Origin: a virus
Length of the DNA stretch: 64,000 nucleotides
Strand: one strand, 5' to 3'
IMG/VR virus record: IMGVR_UViG_3300033145_001136
Coordinates: 38,948-102,947 of that record
Positions 30,597 to 40,236 of this stretch are shown piece after piece. Each line of letters starts with the position of its first letter. Position 1 is the stretch's first letter. The notes under the pieces are model-generated. The model was not told where the DNA came from. It worked only from the letters and a program-made list of their open reading frames with translations, and searched no databases. The position numbers and the translations under genes are program-made.

Positions 30597-30989
30597 TTAA
30601 GATTGTTCTATAGGTACCCAACCCATATCTCGTTCATCCCGAGATAGTGTGATATATCTATTTAACGTCTGATGTAATGTGGCGACCGTCTGATATTCAC
30701 GGTATATGTATTCTGCTTTTGCTTTCGCATCTTCGTATTCATCAGTCTGCTTGTTTACCCGAAATATCCTTGCCGATATTGCGCACTCTCCCCACAATGA
30801 TGACAAGAGACTTAGAAGATTATATGTATCACCATACATACGAACAATTTCATCCAAATTATTCTTAATCCAATCTAGACTATTCGGCGCATCACCTATT
30901 AATAATTTTTCTTGTTCTATGAATGGGACTAAGGTATCACTAGCTGAAATACTAAGGATGTTCACTGTTGTTACATTATATTGTCTCAT
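30597..30989 (-). CDS. Hypothetical helical protein (possible UvsY-like recombination mediator)
   Basis: 130 aa, helical, last gene of the RecA/resolvase run; UvsY idea rests on size and position. Confidence 0.5.
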   Translation of the reverse strand: MRQYNVTTVNILSISASDTLVPFIEQEKLLIGDAPNSLDWIKNNLDEIVRMYGDTYNLLSLLSSLWGECAISARIFRVNKQTDEYEDAKAKAEYIYREYQTVATLHQTLNRYITLSRDERDMGWVPIEQS

Positions 30990-31645
30990 ATCTTCTCATT
31001 AATTATGATGTTTGCTGCTTCTACGATTTCTTTGAACACACCGATTTTCATAATGGCAAACGCATCCATGTCCGAATCATACCGTCTGCGTAAGTGCGTG
31101 ATTCGCCCGTTCCTAACCATTCGCTCCCAATCGAGTCTAAATCCATTAGTGGGGGATCTGTCATCTCTTGAGCGTGTTGTTCTATCCACTTCATAATGGT
31201 CTGTCGAATAAGCTTCTGTACCTCTTCCCATTTGCTGTAAAAGACATAAGCTATCTGCATCAATGGCCACAAGTGTATTGTCACGTAGGTCGTACTTACG
31301 GCTGTAGGCAACAAAATGGAATCTGATCGACAATCTTTCTGCATCGCCTCTTGCCTCAAGCAACCACCCGTATTCAAACTTTGGGAAGGGATGCGGAGTT
31401 CTTGGCCCAAGAGATCGGCCAAGCTTGGTTTTTCGCTCACCATCACGTTGTTTACATTCTCCTAATAGATTTCCGGGTATTCGTACCGTTGTGCCCATCA
31501 CCTCAGTGGTAATTACATGCACCACATCACCAAGCATACCTTCTCGAGCCTCAGAATGCCCATGTGAGCCAGACCCGATTTGCCGTTCTAGTCCGAGCTG
31601 CTTAGCGACCCATCGTTCCATCCCCTTCCAGGCTGTAGATGCCAT
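30986..31645 (-). CDS. PD-(D/E)xK nuclease, Holliday junction resolvase-like
   Basis: WKGMERWVAK, GSG, GDVV and ECK pattern; adjacent to recA. Confidence 0.65.
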   Translation of the reverse strand: MASTAWKGMERWVAKQLGLERQIGSGSHGHSEAREGMLGDVVHVITTEVMGTTVRIPGNLLGECKQRDGERKTKLGRSLGPRTPHPFPKFEYGWLLEARGDAERLSIRFHFVAYSRKYDLRDNTLVAIDADSLCLLQQMGRGTEAYSTDHYEVDRTTRSRDDRSPTNGFRLDWERMVRNGRITHLRRRYDSDMDAFAIMKIGVFKEIVEAANIIINEKI

Positions 31646-32748
31646 TATTCCTCAGGTTCCTCCTCGGACACACTAGCCGGGCCACCCTGCAGAACAAGTT
31701 TCATCTTATTTAGGGTTTCTTGTCTGATGGTCTCTATAACATCTGGGTCTAAAGCTTCCTTAAACTTTACAACCCCATTGGCCCTAATATCACCGTAGCT
31801 GAGATATGAACTATCCGTCTTAATTACGGCCAGATGTCGTGCTGTCTTTACAAGATCATCGATCACATCCACACCAGTACCAAAATCCACGTGGAATTCA
31901 ATAGGTTCACTCTTCGCTGCCGTTTTATTTTTCTCAATTAATAATCGTATATCAACGGCTACTTCTTTTTCAATGGCCTTGCTGTCCTCATCTATAAAAT
32001 ATTTGGCCCAATATTGCTTAATACGCTTAACTCGAAACACGTATGTTCCATAAAACGATGGTGCGGTTCCACCCGAAGCTTGTTCCGACGGACCAAACAT
32101 AACCATTGGTTTCTGTCGACTCTGCGCTACTAAATTAAGGTAGCAACCTGGTTGTCGCTGGATTTCCGCGTTTGTGACTTGCAATTGTGCAGAAGTTAGT
32201 TGAGCCAATGCTGCTTTCTTTGCGGCTTGATCAACTGTTTTTGATTTCATAATCTGTGCTGGCACCAAAGCCGTGATAGAATCCTTCATAATATAAATAA
32301 TTTCGCCCGATCGAATTAGCTGATTTGTTATGTCAAACCATTCCTCGCCAGTAAGTGGACGCCCATCTAATTCCTTAATCCCGGACGTTAGATCCCTGCC
32401 AGATATCCATAATAGGTTTGGATCGTTTGGATCTACGCCGCACGCCCGCATAAAGTCTTCGTCCAGTGCTCCCTCCACATCTAATATGGCACATTTTTTA
32501 CCTATAAAATCCTCATATTGTCGGCGCTGTAATTCTTGGATCCTGGCTATCGTACATAACCCCAACATTGTTTTACCCGTGCCTTGATCACCCCACGTAA
32601 GCCCCATGCGCCCACCAACAAACCCACCAGTCCCAAGGGCCAAATCCAATGATAAAATCCCTGTTGGTATTATTAGCCGACCCTGCCTATGTTCAAACAT
32701 ACCTGGATATTGTCTCGATAAAATCGCTTCTAATGATTTATCTGCCAT
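31645..32748 (-). CDS. recA: RecA/UvsX recombinase
   Basis: IPTGILSLDLALGTGG, GDQGTGKT, DVEGALD, DSITALVP, VMFGP...GG, KNKTA. Confidence 0.95.
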   Translation of the reverse strand: MADKSLEAILSRQYPGMFEHRQGRLIIPTGILSLDLALGTGGFVGGRMGLTWGDQGTGKTMLGLCTIARIQELQRRQYEDFIGKKCAILDVEGALDEDFMRACGVDPNDPNLLWISGRDLTSGIKELDGRPLTGEEWFDITNQLIRSGEIIYIMKDSITALVPAQIMKSKTVDQAAKKAALAQLTSAQLQVTNAEIQRQPGCYLNLVAQSRQKPMVMFGPSEQASGGTAPSFYGTYVFRVKRIKQYWAKYFIDEDSKAIEKEVAVDIRLLIEKNKTAAKSEPIEFHVDFGTGVDVIDDLVKTARHLAVIKTDSSYLSYGDIRANGVVKFKEALDPDVIETIRQETLNKMKLVLQGGPASVSEEEPEE

Positions 32749-32753
32749 ATCAC

Positions 32754-33059
32754 CTATCCCACATAGTGTATTGGGTTGCCTGGATGCGACTCAAGGTCAG
32801 GATCACAATTTTGATCATACATGCCATTTACTAGGGCGGCATCATACCAGAATGCCACCCTATTAAACAGTGCCTCACCCCATGTCTTAACCCCATGATC
32901 AAACATCCATTCAAGATAGTGTGCTAATTCAGCATCATCTGCCATATCTGATAATCGCTTGCCATTTACTCTTTTATGATATATAATTGCATCTATCTCA
33001 CCCACTGGCTCCCAATTATCGGACTGTCCTTTGACAGATTCCCACCCCATTAGCCACAA
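32754..33059 (-). CDS. Hypothetical protein
   Basis: 101 aa, packed in the operon. Confidence 0.55.
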   Translation of the reverse strand: MWLMGWESVKGQSDNWEPVGEIDAIIYHKRVNGKRLSDMADDAELAHYLEWMFDHGVKTWGEALFNRVAFWYDAALVNGMYDQNCDPDLESHPGNPIHYVG

Positions 33060-34432
33060 ATCTTCGTATGCAGATCAATAATGGCATCATCTGTCCACGC
33101 ATTATAATTATAGACAGCATCGCCATCAATCTTGTGTTTAGCCGCTATCTCCTCGAGAATATCCGCAACCTCGGCAGCTTTGTCATCTGACATGGTACTT
33201 ACCTTCTCTCCAACCTCATTAATCATTGTATCGCAATCAATGATGCCAGTGCCATTTTCTTCTGCTTCAGGGGTACTCGGAGTTGCGGCTTCCAACGTAG
33301 CCCCAAGTGTCTTATCTGCTTCGCAGGCATCCCAGATCACTTTTGCTGCAGCCTTAGCCGCCAACGCCTCTGGACTTCCCTTCACATTGTTGTAAGTCCA
33401 TTTCATTCGGCCAATACCTTTGAGCGCAATGACCTCACCAAGCGTCAACCCCTTAACATCTTTACCACCTACTGGATAAATCGTAGCCAATGCGTCCTGT
33501 AACGACATTGATGGGATTGCATCTTTGGCTTCCCTAGCTGCCTTAGCTTTTGCAAAAATATCAACACCAGCCCCAGATGAAGTGGATTCTTCGGGTTTCG
33601 ACTCCTCCGCCGTCTCCTCCGGAACGGAAGATTTATCCACGACTTCTGTCACAGCAGGAGTACTGGCTTCAGGGGCAACTTTATCTGCGTTTTGCATATC
33701 GGGTGGTAAAGCCACACCAACACCAGCCACAATTGCCTTTTGTTCCTTACCAGTGATTTCACCACGCACATATTTGTGCACATAATCATGACTCTGTGGT
33801 AATTCTGCTTTTAATGCTAAAGCAAACAGCCCTTCTACGAATTCCCCAATTTCCATGCCATCGACATCTGCATCCATCACTGACCAATCGAATTCGGTCT
33901 CACCTTCTGCAAATGCACTATATTTTGTTCCGCGTCGACGTTCCATCCCCTTCTGTACCTTTTTCGTCACAATTATGTCTTGCTTGCCAAGGGACCCACG
34001 CTTCTCTTTAATCTCGTGAAGATCCTTGTAAAGCATATTACCACCCTTCAAAAATTCGACTTTCCCGGTGGTATGATTCCAAACAGGGAGCACGTGGACC
34101 ACAGTTCTTGCAAAATGAAGTGGCTGACCTTCCTTCGGTCCAGAATTGTAATATTTATCATCCTTTGCAAGCTGATCCCACATCGGATCTTCCATACCAT
34201 TCAAACCAGCATAATCGACCCCACGCTCATAATCTGGATTTGCTAAAAATGTACGGAATTGTCGCAGAATATTCTTCTTTCCTTCACCATCCACAGTAAA
34301 CACTTCCGGCACCCTATACATCCACATACTAAGTGGTTCATCACTAAGAATGCGAACTGTGTAATCTTTGTTATCATCAAATGCCACATATGGGGTACTC
34401 GATCCCTCACCTAGTACAGTTGGCCAACTCAT
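33050..34432 (-). CDS. Putative phage single-stranded DNA-binding protein (gp32-like) with C-terminal extension
   Basis: YTVRIL, VLPVWN, DIIVTKK...GTKYS pattern followed by an acidic Ala/Pro/Glu linker; upstream of recA; start MSWPTV overlaps the previous TGA. Confidence 0.55.
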   Translation of the reverse strand: MSWPTVLGEGSSTPYVAFDDNKDYTVRILSDEPLSMWMYRVPEVFTVDGEGKKNILRQFRTFLANPDYERGVDYAGLNGMEDPMWDQLAKDDKYYNSGPKEGQPLHFARTVVHVLPVWNHTTGKVEFLKGGNMLYKDLHEIKEKRGSLGKQDIIVTKKVQKGMERRRGTKYSAFAEGETEFDWSVMDADVDGMEIGEFVEGLFALALKAELPQSHDYVHKYVRGEITGKEQKAIVAGVGVALPPDMQNADKVAPEASTPAVTEVVDKSSVPEETAEESKPEESTSSGAGVDIFAKAKAAREAKDAIPSMSLQDALATIYPVGGKDVKGLTLGEVIALKGIGRMKWTYNNVKGSPEALAAKAAAKVIWDACEADKTLGATLEAATPSTPEAEENGTGIIDCDTMINEVGEKVSTMSDDKAAEVADILEEIAAKHKIDGDAVYNYNAWTDDAIIDLHTKICG

Positions 34433-34623
34433 TCCATTCCTCCTGTTTCCGTAATATTCGCCCAAAGATCTATTCTGATCCGCTTTTGCAGTTCTTTGGC
34501 TTCTTCTATCAATTCCTCTGGATCATCTGTGGATACCTCATGCTCTACCCACATACTAAAATCTTCTGATTGATAATTCCCTCTATTTATCTTTGCGCTT
34601 GCAGATGCACCGATCTTACCCAT
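34429..34623 (-). CDS. Small hypothetical phage protein
   Basis: MGKIGASASAKINRGNYQSE..., overlaps both neighbours. Confidence 0.6.
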   Translation of the reverse strand: MGKIGASASAKINRGNYQSEDFSMWVEHEVSTDDPEELIEEAKELQKRIRIDLWANITETGGME

Positions 34624-35701
34624 TAAAAATTCCCCTATCAATAAAGTGATCGTAAAACGGCCCTGTACCGACCCATCCAACCACACATTCGGGATACCGT
34701 GCTTCTATATCCTCGATAAATGATTGGACCTCAATCGTCAAGGCATCCCATTCCTGTATGCTATAATTGGCCCAATCAATATAATCTACAAAATTAAGAC
34801 ATATGGCCTGCGGCCTATTTATAGCCATAGCTTTGTCCATGTCTTCAATTGACCATGTAAATATGCGCCTAATCTTTTTAGTTACGGTCGTTTTCTCACT
34901 TAATGATTCAGGAGAGCCAGACATTTTTGTGATTTGCTTCCATGTTAGTTCTTTCCCACCTGTAGGCCCCGAATTTCCACCGACTCGAATCGGAAACGTT
35001 CTAGCAACCCCAAACACATTTCTCGCCACCCTTGGAGAAAGCCCCGCCTCCATTAACCAATTAGATGCGTTCGTGTCTCTGGAAGTACAGAATGGCCACC
35101 ACTGGGTATGATGTAGACTTAGTCCCATGCCCTGCGTCCCCTCCAACAAAATAGGCTTGTTATCATCAACCGCCTGGTTTAAAAAGGCTTCAGTATCTAT
35201 TAAATATGGCTCAAGCCAATCACAATCTTTGGCAAATTTTAGATCTTGTCTACGCCATACCTTATCAGACAATGCCGCACCACATCCCTCACGCGTACTA
35301 CCAATACGATCAGACATGTCTTGATCTTTATCGCCCTTAGCATGTTCTGCATTGATGTGTTTTTGTTCGATAATCATTGCATAGTGATCAATCCATAATC
35401 TATCTTCTACAGGCGTATTGGCCTCTGTAAGCCAATCAATCTCTTTGGAAAGCTGTGATTCAATAATCATAGCGGCTCGCCCAATAACCAACTCGCTTGT
35501 TGTTGCTTCCATCGCACCACATGGGATTGTTTGAAAAGCATGTTGTTGTGATCGATCTGGCGTCCACACCTTATGTCCAGCATTTGGGGCACCGGTTCTA
35601 ACGTGGATCGCATAATTCTTCGCAATCCTCTCAACCAGTCTACCCTTCCCCTCAGAACCATATTGTAATCCAACTACTATGTCTACACACTGATTGGGCA
35701 T
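34616..35701 (-). CDS. purZ: Adenylosuccinate synthetase superfamily, PurZ/PurZ0 type (putative 2-amino-2'-deoxyadenylosuccinate synthase)
   Basis: QYGSEGKG (Ser at the PurA catalytic Asp), NAGH, IGST..GCG, LEGTQG, RTFPIRVGGNSGP, TTVTKKIRR, NFVD; short ~360 aa archaeal/PurZ-like length. Confidence 0.8.
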   Translation of the reverse strand: MPNQCVDIVVGLQYGSEGKGRLVERIAKNYAIHVRTGAPNAGHKVWTPDRSQQHAFQTIPCGAMEATTSELVIGRAAMIIESQLSKEIDWLTEANTPVEDRLWIDHYAMIIEQKHINAEHAKGDKDQDMSDRIGSTREGCGAALSDKVWRRQDLKFAKDCDWLEPYLIDTEAFLNQAVDDNKPILLEGTQGMGLSLHHTQWWPFCTSRDTNASNWLMEAGLSPRVARNVFGVARTFPIRVGGNSGPTGGKELTWKQITKMSGSPESLSEKTTVTKKIRRIFTWSIEDMDKAMAINRPQAICLNFVDYIDWANYSIQEWDALTIEVQSFIEDIEARYPECVVGWVGTGPFYDHFIDRGIFNG

Positions 35702-35782
35702 TATAATACTCCCTCGCAAAGTCCAGCTATTTATGTTCGCTGAGAAAATATTGGTCGAAAATATGTCAGGAAGAAATTTTTA

Positions 35783-37183
35783 TTATTTCAACACCTCTAA
35801 AATTGCGGCTTCATCCCTGAACAACGCAGTATATTCCACCATATATTCCCGCATTTCCGCAACAAATTCGTTCAAATCTAACCCCTGCGTAGCAAATCTT
35901 TCGCGCAAATATGCTGAATCCACCATTGCAAGCCATAACCCGCCACACTTTTCTATATCAAGTGGAAAATCATTTTTTATAAATTCATAAACTTCTTCTC
36001 TACCAAACCCACGCTTAGTTAATAGATTCAGCATATAATATGACCAATGCCCTGCTTGTATGTGATATGTCTCTATATTATCTTGTATCCGCTCAGTATC
36101 GACGTCTATCGTTTTTATTACTTTGGTCATGCTTGTTAGCATATGTAGTATTGTATGATATGAATCTTCTATTATTACTCTTTCTGTAGACGAATGTGAA
36201 ATATCTCTCTCGTGCCAAAGCTGCGTATTATCGAGTGTGACCATTGTGTATGATTTCATTAGTCGATGCATACCACATATTCTTTCACACGTAATTGGAT
36301 TCTTTTTATGTGGCATGGCTGACGACCCAGATGATGCTGATGGCCTTGCCTCTAATATCTCTGCTACCTCTGTGCGATGTAGGTGCCTAATTTCCATCGC
36401 TAGTTGCGCCAATATAGAAGACAGACCTGCCAGCATTGTTGATCTGCCATATTGTATCATTCTTGGCAATATTTGATCGGTTGCTTGCCACACTTCAAAG
36501 GGATAGTGTATAGACACATCATATTTTCTCCCTAGGGCTAATTTCATAAATGTGTCTTTTGCTTGTTTTTCCATGTCTCTTGTAATAAACTCATGGCAAC
36601 CCATTGGGCCACTAGCCTTAAAATAAAATTCTTGACCGTCAAACGCACCAGCGATTTTCTTAAGTAGATAATAGTATTTAAACAATTTGTGTGTTAATGT
36701 AATATATGCTCCATGGACACCATGTGTACGTCCCGACATTGGCTGACCAGCATATTGTATTATTTTATTCTCCAATATATGTATTAAATTATCTAATTCG
36801 CAAGCAACCACCCACGTCGAGTACGCCGATTGTATTTCTTGTACAGAATCAACCACATCAGATGATGTGGCCCCCCAATGTAACAAATTTCTTATATGAT
36901 CAGGTAGTTTGCCCATTAGCGCCAAATCGAGTACATTTATAAATGCCATGACATCGTGCTCAGTACGCTGTTCCTCTATGTGAATTCGTTCCACTAATTT
37001 ATTAGTATAGTCTGAATTATCTAAAAGCCCATGGCATAATCCAATTATAGCGTGCTCATTTATGTGGTCGTCTGATTTTGTAATAGTAGCCAACATAGCC
37101 ATTTCGTATGTGGTAGCTAACTCCCATTTTATTTGGTCGCCCCATATTGTTTCTATCCTCGAATCCATGTATCTATCAATCAT
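35783..37183 (-). CDS. purB: Adenylosuccinate lyase
   Basis: MIDRY, TEHDVMAF, HWGATSSDVVD, GRTHG, GSSAMPHKKNP, WHERDISHSSTER. Confidence 0.95.
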   Translation of the reverse strand: MIDRYMDSRIETIWGDQIKWELATTYEMAMLATITKSDDHINEHAIIGLCHGLLDNSDYTNKLVERIHIEEQRTEHDVMAFINVLDLALMGKLPDHIRNLLHWGATSSDVVDSVQEIQSAYSTWVVACELDNLIHILENKIIQYAGQPMSGRTHGVHGAYITLTHKLFKYYYLLKKIAGAFDGQEFYFKASGPMGCHEFITRDMEKQAKDTFMKLALGRKYDVSIHYPFEVWQATDQILPRMIQYGRSTMLAGLSSILAQLAMEIRHLHRTEVAEILEARPSASSGSSAMPHKKNPITCERICGMHRLMKSYTMVTLDNTQLWHERDISHSSTERVIIEDSYHTILHMLTSMTKVIKTIDVDTERIQDNIETYHIQAGHWSYYMLNLLTKRGFGREEVYEFIKNDFPLDIEKCGGLWLAMVDSAYLRERFATQGLDLNEFVAEMREYMVEYTALFRDEAAILEVLK

Positions 37184-37709
37184 TGTCACCCTCCAAGACA
37201 TAGAATACCACATCCGATGGTGGTAGAAGTAATGCTTTAGCCGGATTTTCATCCGGATACCCAACTGGAATTATACTTATTGGTCGCAACCAAGTTGGTA
37301 ATCCAAGTATACCTTCCACCTGAATTTCATCGAATGCCCCAATCCAACACGCTCCTAATCCCATATCGTGGATTGCTAGTAACCCATTCTGTATTGCTGC
37401 CGCCGCATCAAGAAGCGCATAAAGAGAACTACCACGTACGCCATACTTTGCCGCACTACGCTGCAAATCGGCGCACACAACTATCACTAATGGTGCGTCT
37501 CCTATGAACATCTGTTTAAGGCTGGCCTCTGCCAGCTCTCTTTGTATGCGTTTGTTAGTTACAAAAACAAATCTACGACTTTGTAAATTCCCCGCACTAG
37601 GGGCAATCATCATAGCCTCTAAAATTTGTTCAACGTCTTCATCAGCGATTGGATTATTTGTGAATTTCCTAATACTTCTACGCGAATTTGCCAGTTCGAT
37701 AAAGCTCAT
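37176..37709 (-). CDS. Nitroreductase family flavoprotein
   Basis: RRSIRKF, APSAGNLQ, LGACWIGAF, IIPVGYP. Confidence 0.92.
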   Translation of the reverse strand: MSFIELANSRRSIRKFTNNPIADEDVEQILEAMMIAPSAGNLQSRRFVFVTNKRIQRELAEASLKQMFIGDAPLVIVVCADLQRSAAKYGVRGSSLYALLDAAAAIQNGLLAIHDMGLGACWIGAFDEIQVEGILGLPTWLRPISIIPVGYPDENPAKALLLPPSDVVFYVLEGDND

Positions 37710-37876
37710 TTAGTTTCACCCCTTACGTAAATATCGATATAGCATTTTTTACACAACTGTCCAACACCCTCTATATAAAAATTGCGACTTTTGATGTGTG
37801 TTGATGGGTGGTGTGGTGTGTCAGCACCACAACTAACACATTTATCGCGTTCTGGTCCCTCTTGTGTTTCGTTCAC
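37706..37876 (-). CDS. Small zinc-binding hypothetical protein
   Basis: CVSC...FYIEGVGQLCKKC; GTG start overlaps the upstream TGA. Confidence 0.6.
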   Translation of the reverse strand: MNETQEGPERDKCVSCGADTPHHPSTHIKSRNFYIEGVGQLCKKCYIDIYVRGETK

Positions 37877-38436
37877 TTTGGCTCCTCTATACCTACAATA
37901 ATTGAGCGACTGAGTATCGTTTTGATGCACTCTATAGCAGGAAATGATCCGAATGTATTGATTGCTTCCTGTATCTCTCTCTGTTCTTTCTCCATGCTGG
38001 CGCACCTGGCTTGCCACTTGTGCCATTCATTAACAGCCTCATCCTTTTCTTCTTCGGTAAGGATAAGTTTACTCCGCAATTCCGTACACTTGGCTGACAG
38101 TAATTCTTGTCGGTCAATGGCATCAAGAAACTCCCAGTCAGCCTGCTCACCAGACAAGCCATGCTTCTCCATTAGGTCGATGATTGCCCCTGCGAGCTTA
38201 TTGCGCTCTCTCGCCCCACTGAATCGTGCTTCTCGTACATCGTCTTGTAGTCCCTCCACCTGCTCACCGAGTGTGGAAGCTTTGGAGAGTGCCAATTCTG
38301 CGAGTTCAGAATCCACGATCATCCAGTTGCCCGTTGCTTCATCGAGATAGTGCCACGCCTTTGTCGGTGATTTCCTAAATCTGACGGCATGGTATCCATC
38401 GGTTTTCACTTCTATCTCCTGTTCTCTATCACTCAT
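37873..38436 (-). CDS. Hypothetical coiled-coil mosaic protein
   Basis: 187 aa; shares LGEQVE and QARCA segments with the 46411 ORF. Confidence 0.65.
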   Translation of the reverse strand: MSDREQEIEVKTDGYHAVRFRKSPTKAWHYLDEATGNWMIVDSELAELALSKASTLGEQVEGLQDDVREARFSGARERNKLAGAIIDLMEKHGLSGEQADWEFLDAIDRQELLSAKCTELRSKLILTEEEKDEAVNEWHKWQARCASMEKEQREIQEAINTFGSFPAIECIKTILSRSIIVGIEEPK

Positions 38437-38446
38437 GGCTCACCCC

Positions 38447-38638
38447 TTATCCTGTCGGCTCGACCGGCTCGACGAATGTTGTGTGGTAATCCTCGTATTT
38501 CTTCAGGGTCAGCAGCTTGCTCTGAAGTTCAGTCAGCGAGATCGTGACCCTTCTGAAATCAGGCCCGACGCCGGTGTGTACCAGTGCGCCATAATTACCT
38601 ATCACGACAGTCAACCTTCTCGGCTTTCTCTCACTCAT
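38447..38638 (-). CDS. Hypothetical protein
   Basis: MSERKP start overlaps the upstream TGA. Confidence 0.5.
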   Translation of the reverse strand: MSERKPRRLTVVIGNYGALVHTGVGPDFRRVTISLTELQSKLLTLKKYEDYHTTFVEPVEPTG

Positions 38639-39204
38639 GGCTTCATCCTCGGCGGCTTCGGGTAGTGCTTGCGTACGATGTCGGCACATCTTGCCAGCCA
38701 CTCCTTGCGCTTGTCGGCGGCATCGGCGGCATAGACGGCATCGGCGGCAGCATTGGCAGCATCGGCGGCATAGACGGCATCGGCGGCATAGACGGCGGCA
38801 TCGGCGGCATAGACGGCGACATAGGCGGCGGCATCGGCGACATAGACGGCGGCATCGGCGGCATAGACGGCGACATAGGCGGCATCGGCGGCATAGACGG
38901 CGACACGTACTTCATCCAGCGTAGCCTCGCCGGTTACCCACTTCTCTGCTACCTGAACGGCCTTCTTGTTTTCTTTCGGCATCCACTTCCATGCTGTCCT
39001 TGCACACTCACAGGCAGCAGATACCAGCACCTTGCGGCTCTTGCTCTCGGGCTTACCGCATACAGCACCTGCCAGCCAGAGCATCCAGTCGCCTCGTTTG
39101 CACTCTTGCCATGCTTCTGCCAAGGTTTTGTAATCTCTCGCCCATTCAACGGCTTCTGAGCAGGCGTGAAGTTTCTCCAGTTTACTACTCCAGTGGTCAC
39201 TCAT
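38635..39204 (-). CDS. Hypothetical protein with Ala/Asp/Tyr-rich repeats
   Basis: LHAC.EA..W, RGDWMLWL, then (A)ADAAVYA repeats; GGAGG RBS. Confidence 0.75.
   Translation of the reverse strand: MSDHWSSKLEKLHACSEAVEWARDYKTLAEAWQECKRGDWMLWLAGAVCGKPESKSRKVLVSAACECARTAWKWMPKENKKAVQVAEKWVTGEATLDEVRVAVYAADAAYVAVYAADAAVYVADAAAYVAVYAADAAVYAADAVYAADAANAAADAVYAADAADKRKEWLARCADIVRKHYPKPPRMKP
38713..38904. repeat. Imperfect coding tandem repeat (GCCGCCGATGCC / GTCTAT units)
   Basis: Reiterated ggcatcggc and ggcatagacggc units encoding AADAAVY. Confidence 0.9.
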
Positions 39205-39916
39205 GGCTACCTCCTGAGTCGTGGGCGGTGAGAAACAGCTTGGCCTTCGTTAGCCATTCCAGCCATTCACCGAAGTCGCCTTGCGGTCCGAGTTCTTCCC
39301 ATGTTGCCACTTCGCCGTTTAGGTGCAATCCATCGACTCCATGCGATTCAGCAATCAGGTCATCCATGCCTTCGATGCAATCACGTATGACCGCATCCTT
39401 GCGAGCGATGGTCTGGGCCTGTGAGTCAATGTGGGAGAGGAGGATGCGACAATAAGCCACCCATTGTCTTTCTGCTCCACTGAGAGATTTCTGCCATGAG
39501 GGGGTTTCTGCACGTTCGACATACTCCCGTATCTCCTCCACTCGGCCAGGCTCCTCAGCAGGGGCGGCGAGTGGTCCGTTATTCAGCGCTTCGTCGATTT
39601 TCACACGGTCAACATGAATACCGAGTAATACCTTTTCGCGTCCATCGTGTTCAGGCCCCCAAATTAGCATCCCATTGATAAAGATGCTGATTTCATTGTA
39701 TTCCAATACATCGATCCAGACTTTCTCTTGCTCCGCAGGACTATCGGGAGCAGGGGCGGGGGGCACTTGATTCCATGCCGCCACTTCTTCCGGGGTATTG
39801 CATGACGGACAACCTGGATCGACACAGTCCATAGAGTCAGGTGAATCATTGGTTTTACATGAACAATTACCGAGATATCTTTTCCCACAATCTTCACACC
39901 ATTTCCAATCAGTCAT
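39197..39916 (-). CDS. Hypothetical mosaic protein
   Basis: 239 aa; PAPAPDSP and EEPGRVEEIR linkers; C-terminal SHGVDGLHLNGEVATWEEL module. Confidence 0.7.
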   Translation of the reverse strand: MTDWKWCEDCGKRYLGNCSCKTNDSPDSMDCVDPGCPSCNTPEEVAAWNQVPPAPAPDSPAEQEKVWIDVLEYNEISIFINGMLIWGPEHDGREKVLLGIHVDRVKIDEALNNGPLAAPAEEPGRVEEIREYVERAETPSWQKSLSGAERQWVAYCRILLSHIDSQAQTIARKDAVIRDCIEGMDDLIAESHGVDGLHLNGEVATWEELGPQGDFGEWLEWLTKAKLFLTAHDSGGSHE

Positions 39917-40230
39917 TGGTCTACCTCCCGCTCAACAGGTAAGCTCCGATGGGGCATATCGGGTCCACCACCGTTCGTTACTTTCCGCCAGCCAGACCCG
40001 TCCTCGTTGTCGATGTAGAACGGTTCCTGTTCTGGATATCTGTCGCTCCATACCTTGACGGCCTCGCGCTCGGTTCCTTCGAGTCCGTTATGCCAGTAGG
40101 TAGATACCTCGCATGGACCAACAATCACTCTGACGCGGGTCGCCTCGCACGGCTCGTAGTTCCAGCAGGTTCGCAGCCCATCAACCGACTTTAGCGGAGT
40201 CAACGGCTTCATAGGGCGTAGGTTCATCAC
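39913..40230 (-). CDS. Hypothetical protein
   Basis: 105 aa, GGAGGGG RBS. Confidence 0.6.
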   Translation of the reverse strand: MMNLRPMKPLTPLKSVDGLRTCWNYEPCEATRVRVIVGPCEVSTYWHNGLEGTEREAVKVWSDRYPEQEPFYIDNEDGSGWRKVTNGGGPDMPHRSLPVEREVDQ

Positions 40231-40236
40231 CCCTCC

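Noticed and set aside
38713-38904. Possible CRISPR array or DGR template
   Set aside because: No spacers, units are codon multiples inside a CDS, and no reverse transcriptase or cas gene is in the window
38584-39159. Plus-strand Gly-rich and Arg/His-repeat ORFs, and the minus-strand Met/Pro-repeat ORF (38643-38915)
   Set aside because: Alternative-frame shadows of the Ala-rich repeat in the gene at 38635-39204, which has the RBS and operon overlaps
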